64,000 nt of DNA from Guillardia theta CCMP2712. Taxonomy: Eukaryota; Protista; Cryptophyta. Every line of letters starts with the position of its first letter. Positions within the stretch are counted from its first letter, which is position 1. Below the pieces are notes generated by a model. The model saw only the letters and a list, made by a program, of their open reading frames with translations, made no database searches and was not told where the DNA came from. The DNA is taken from contig NW_005434671.1 in the NCBI RefSeq assembly GCF_000315625.1, positions 124,001 through 188,000 on the forward strand. Reading direction: 5' to 3'. A program made the position numbers and the translations under genes. Shown in pieces: positions 62,079-64,000 of this stretch.

Positions 62079-63154
62079 CGCTCCCGCTCCCGCTCCCGCT
62101 CCTGCTCCTGCTCCTGCTCCTGCTCCGGCTTTGACTTACCTCATGGCTAGAGGAGCGCGATGAGTGTCTTGCTCCGATGACACGCTGGTTCAGCTTGGCG
62201 AATGAGTTGAGCTCCTAGTCTCAGAGTTATGCCGCTTCACTCCTCCCTCCGTGTCACCTGGTCAGCCGACTCGCGATGCCATCGCCTTTTCGTGTTGGCC
62301 TTGGGGAAGATCTGAGGAAGGGACACGCGGGTCAGCAAGAGATGGCCAGCTCGCAGCATTGCCTCGTCGTTGAGATGCTTCAGGTGTGTCAATTCTTCGC
62401 TCCCGCTCAGCGCATGGCGCGACCTCCGTGTCCTGGGGGGCAGCACGGCTGAGCTTAGTCTCTGCATGCTTGCCAACTCCTCGTCTGCAGTCTCCTTGTG
62501 CCACCTCGCAGCTCTAGGAGACTTGGAGAAGATCTGGTTGTTCAGGTTCGCATAATTCGAGAGTTCCTGGCTGGCTGAGAATCGTTTGTCCTCTCTCTTC
62601 GCCTCTTCGCGGCTGAACATTCCATTGTTCAAGTGTACCGCAGGCAGGACGGCATGCTTAGTTCGCACGTGAGGAGAGGAAGGGCGATGGGAGCGAATCC
62701 TCTTAGGATGAAGCTTTACGCGTGCTCCATGGCCATGAAGAAGACTGGAAGCTTCCTCCTCCTCCTCGAAGGATCGGGGAAAGACTTGTCGATTGAGTTT
62801 CGACCACTTGTTGATCATACCTTGAGACATGTCGCGAGCCTGGGCAACGGATCAGGCTTCAATACAGAGCATGTGGAGACAAGATCTCACCTTGCTGTGG
62901 TCGATACCGGAAGTCTTGCTCTTCTTTCCTTCACCTCCCATCTCCACGCTCTTCAATCTGTCGTCCCCGTACCCCATAGCGTACCGATACGATCGCATCA
63001 GCTGATCTGCTCTCATGGTCCTCCATGACGCCGGATCCCGCACACGGTCCTCGTCCTCTCTTAGCATGATGGGCTCATGTGTTCCCTGCATGGCGCCGAG
63101 CATGGCCATGAGGGCCACAGCCATCGCTGCCATCGAGGCGGCGCGCCACACCAT
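61940..63154 (-). CDS. Hypothetical signal-peptide protein
   Basis: MVWRAASMAAMAVALMAMLGAMQG start; collinear exons 62237-62830; 3' end uncertain. Confidence 0.5.
61988..62126 (+). repeat. (CTCCTG)n microsatellite, intronic
   Basis: About 23 hexamer units between a minus-strand GTAAGT donor (~62139) and a CAG acceptor (~61969). Confidence 0.9.
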
Positions 63155-63251
63155 CTTTGCTCTACCCCTTCGACTACCCCACCCCTGGAGATGACAAGAA
63201 TTATATTCTCTTAGAGGAGGTACCAACCACTTTCCGTCTAGGGGTAGCGCC

Positions 63252-64000
63252 ATGCCGATCAGGGAACGTATCGAGGCGCTGAAGGGTGCGCTGATGGAGA
63301 AGATGGAGGGACAGGAGAGCGTCAGGTTGCCGAGAAAGTCCAAGAGCGCGACGAGAGGCCAGCTGGATGAAGCCAGAGCTGCTCAGCTGGGCGACTCGTC
63401 AAGTAGACTAGAAGCTAGTGACATGGGGAGCGTGGTACAAGACGAAGGTGGTGGGGGAGGCAGCGAGGCCTCGCGCAGGCTATCCCGTCTGGAAAGGAAG
63501 ATCGAAAAGATCGAGAAGCTTTCGAAGAAGGAGAACGTGAACTTTCAGCACAAACATAATAGCATCGAGCATGGAGTAAGAGGCTTGAAATCGGCGAGGC
63601 AGCAGGCATCGCAGGAGGGAGCAGAAGAGACAGATGTACAGAAGGAAAAGCTTGTTGCTATGATAGAAGCGATGAAGATTGAAAGGGAAGGCAGCTTCAA
63701 GCAGCTGCAAGCGTACATCCATCAGCGCCACGAAGCCATGAAACAAGACATTCATCGCAAGCTGCTGGAACAGTCTGAACCAGCGAAAGCACAAGAACGA
63801 TTCGGGATGGGGGGAAGGGATTGGAAGGAGCAGATAGACATGCACGACTCCGCTATGGCATACTCAGAGAACTTGATCATGATAGCTCTGCAGCAGAAGA
63901 TGGACATGTTGCGCCTTGAACTTCTACGAGAGAAAACGATCTGGCAGAAGACCATCGAGCAAGTTCAAGACGCCATGAGCGGAATGGTGTTATCTCTCGC
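63252..64000 (+). CDS. Hypothetical coiled-coil protein (partial)
   Basis: MPIRERIEALKGALMEK... frame stays open to the window end; GCGCC-ATG context. Confidence 0.6.
   Translation, partial: MPIRERIEALKGALMEKMEGQESVRLPRKSKSATRGQLDEARAAQLGDSSSRLEASDMGSVVQDEGGGGGSEASRRLSRLERKIEKIEKLSKKENVNFQHKHNSIEHGVRGLKSARQQASQEGAEETDVQKEKLVAMIEAMKIEREGSFKQLQAYIHQRHEAMKQDIHRKLLEQSEPAKAQERFGMGGRDWKEQIDMHDSAMAYSENLIMIALQQKMDMLRLELLREKTIWQKTIEQVQDAMSGMVLSL

Noticed and set aside
1-64000. CRISPR arrays, tRNA, rRNA or snRNA genes
   Set aside because: No repeat-spacer arrays or recognisable structured-RNA signatures found by eye; a covariance-model scan would be needed to exclude small ncRNAs.

Overview
Gene-dense eukaryotic nuclear DNA with many short (~45-55 nt) introns and ciliary genes. 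The overall style suggests a cryptophyte alga such as Guillardia theta (inference). It contains one full-length, young Ty1/copia LTR retrotransposon (6806-13184, 5-bp TSD GTCTC). Recognisable genes are IFT56/TTC26, TSEN34, an ABC-F ATPase, EFHC/RIB72, CAP/Srv2, DDRGK1, CWC27, a GT23 fucosyltransferase, an alpha/beta hydrolase, a PARP6/8/16-like fragment, an ARM-TIR protein and a catalytically dead pogo/CENP-B-like protein. Top observations: (1) the two 395-bp LTRs look identical except that the canonical TG...CA termini exist only at the outer ends (both inner ends read CG), so the integrase CA-3' ends appear not to be encoded in the element's RNA; (2) three paralogous 64-70 aa microproteins with two conserved blocks (36.4, 40.0, 41.2 kb); (3) a recurrent bipartite intergenic element (CCGG/GGCC-rich island plus GGGGTA tract), into which the retrotransposon inserted; (4) an apparent GA-AG intron in the TSEN34 catalytic motif; (5) a signal peptide followed by a ubiquitin-tail mimic LRLRGG. 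Multi-exon gene boundaries were read by eye and are approximate.
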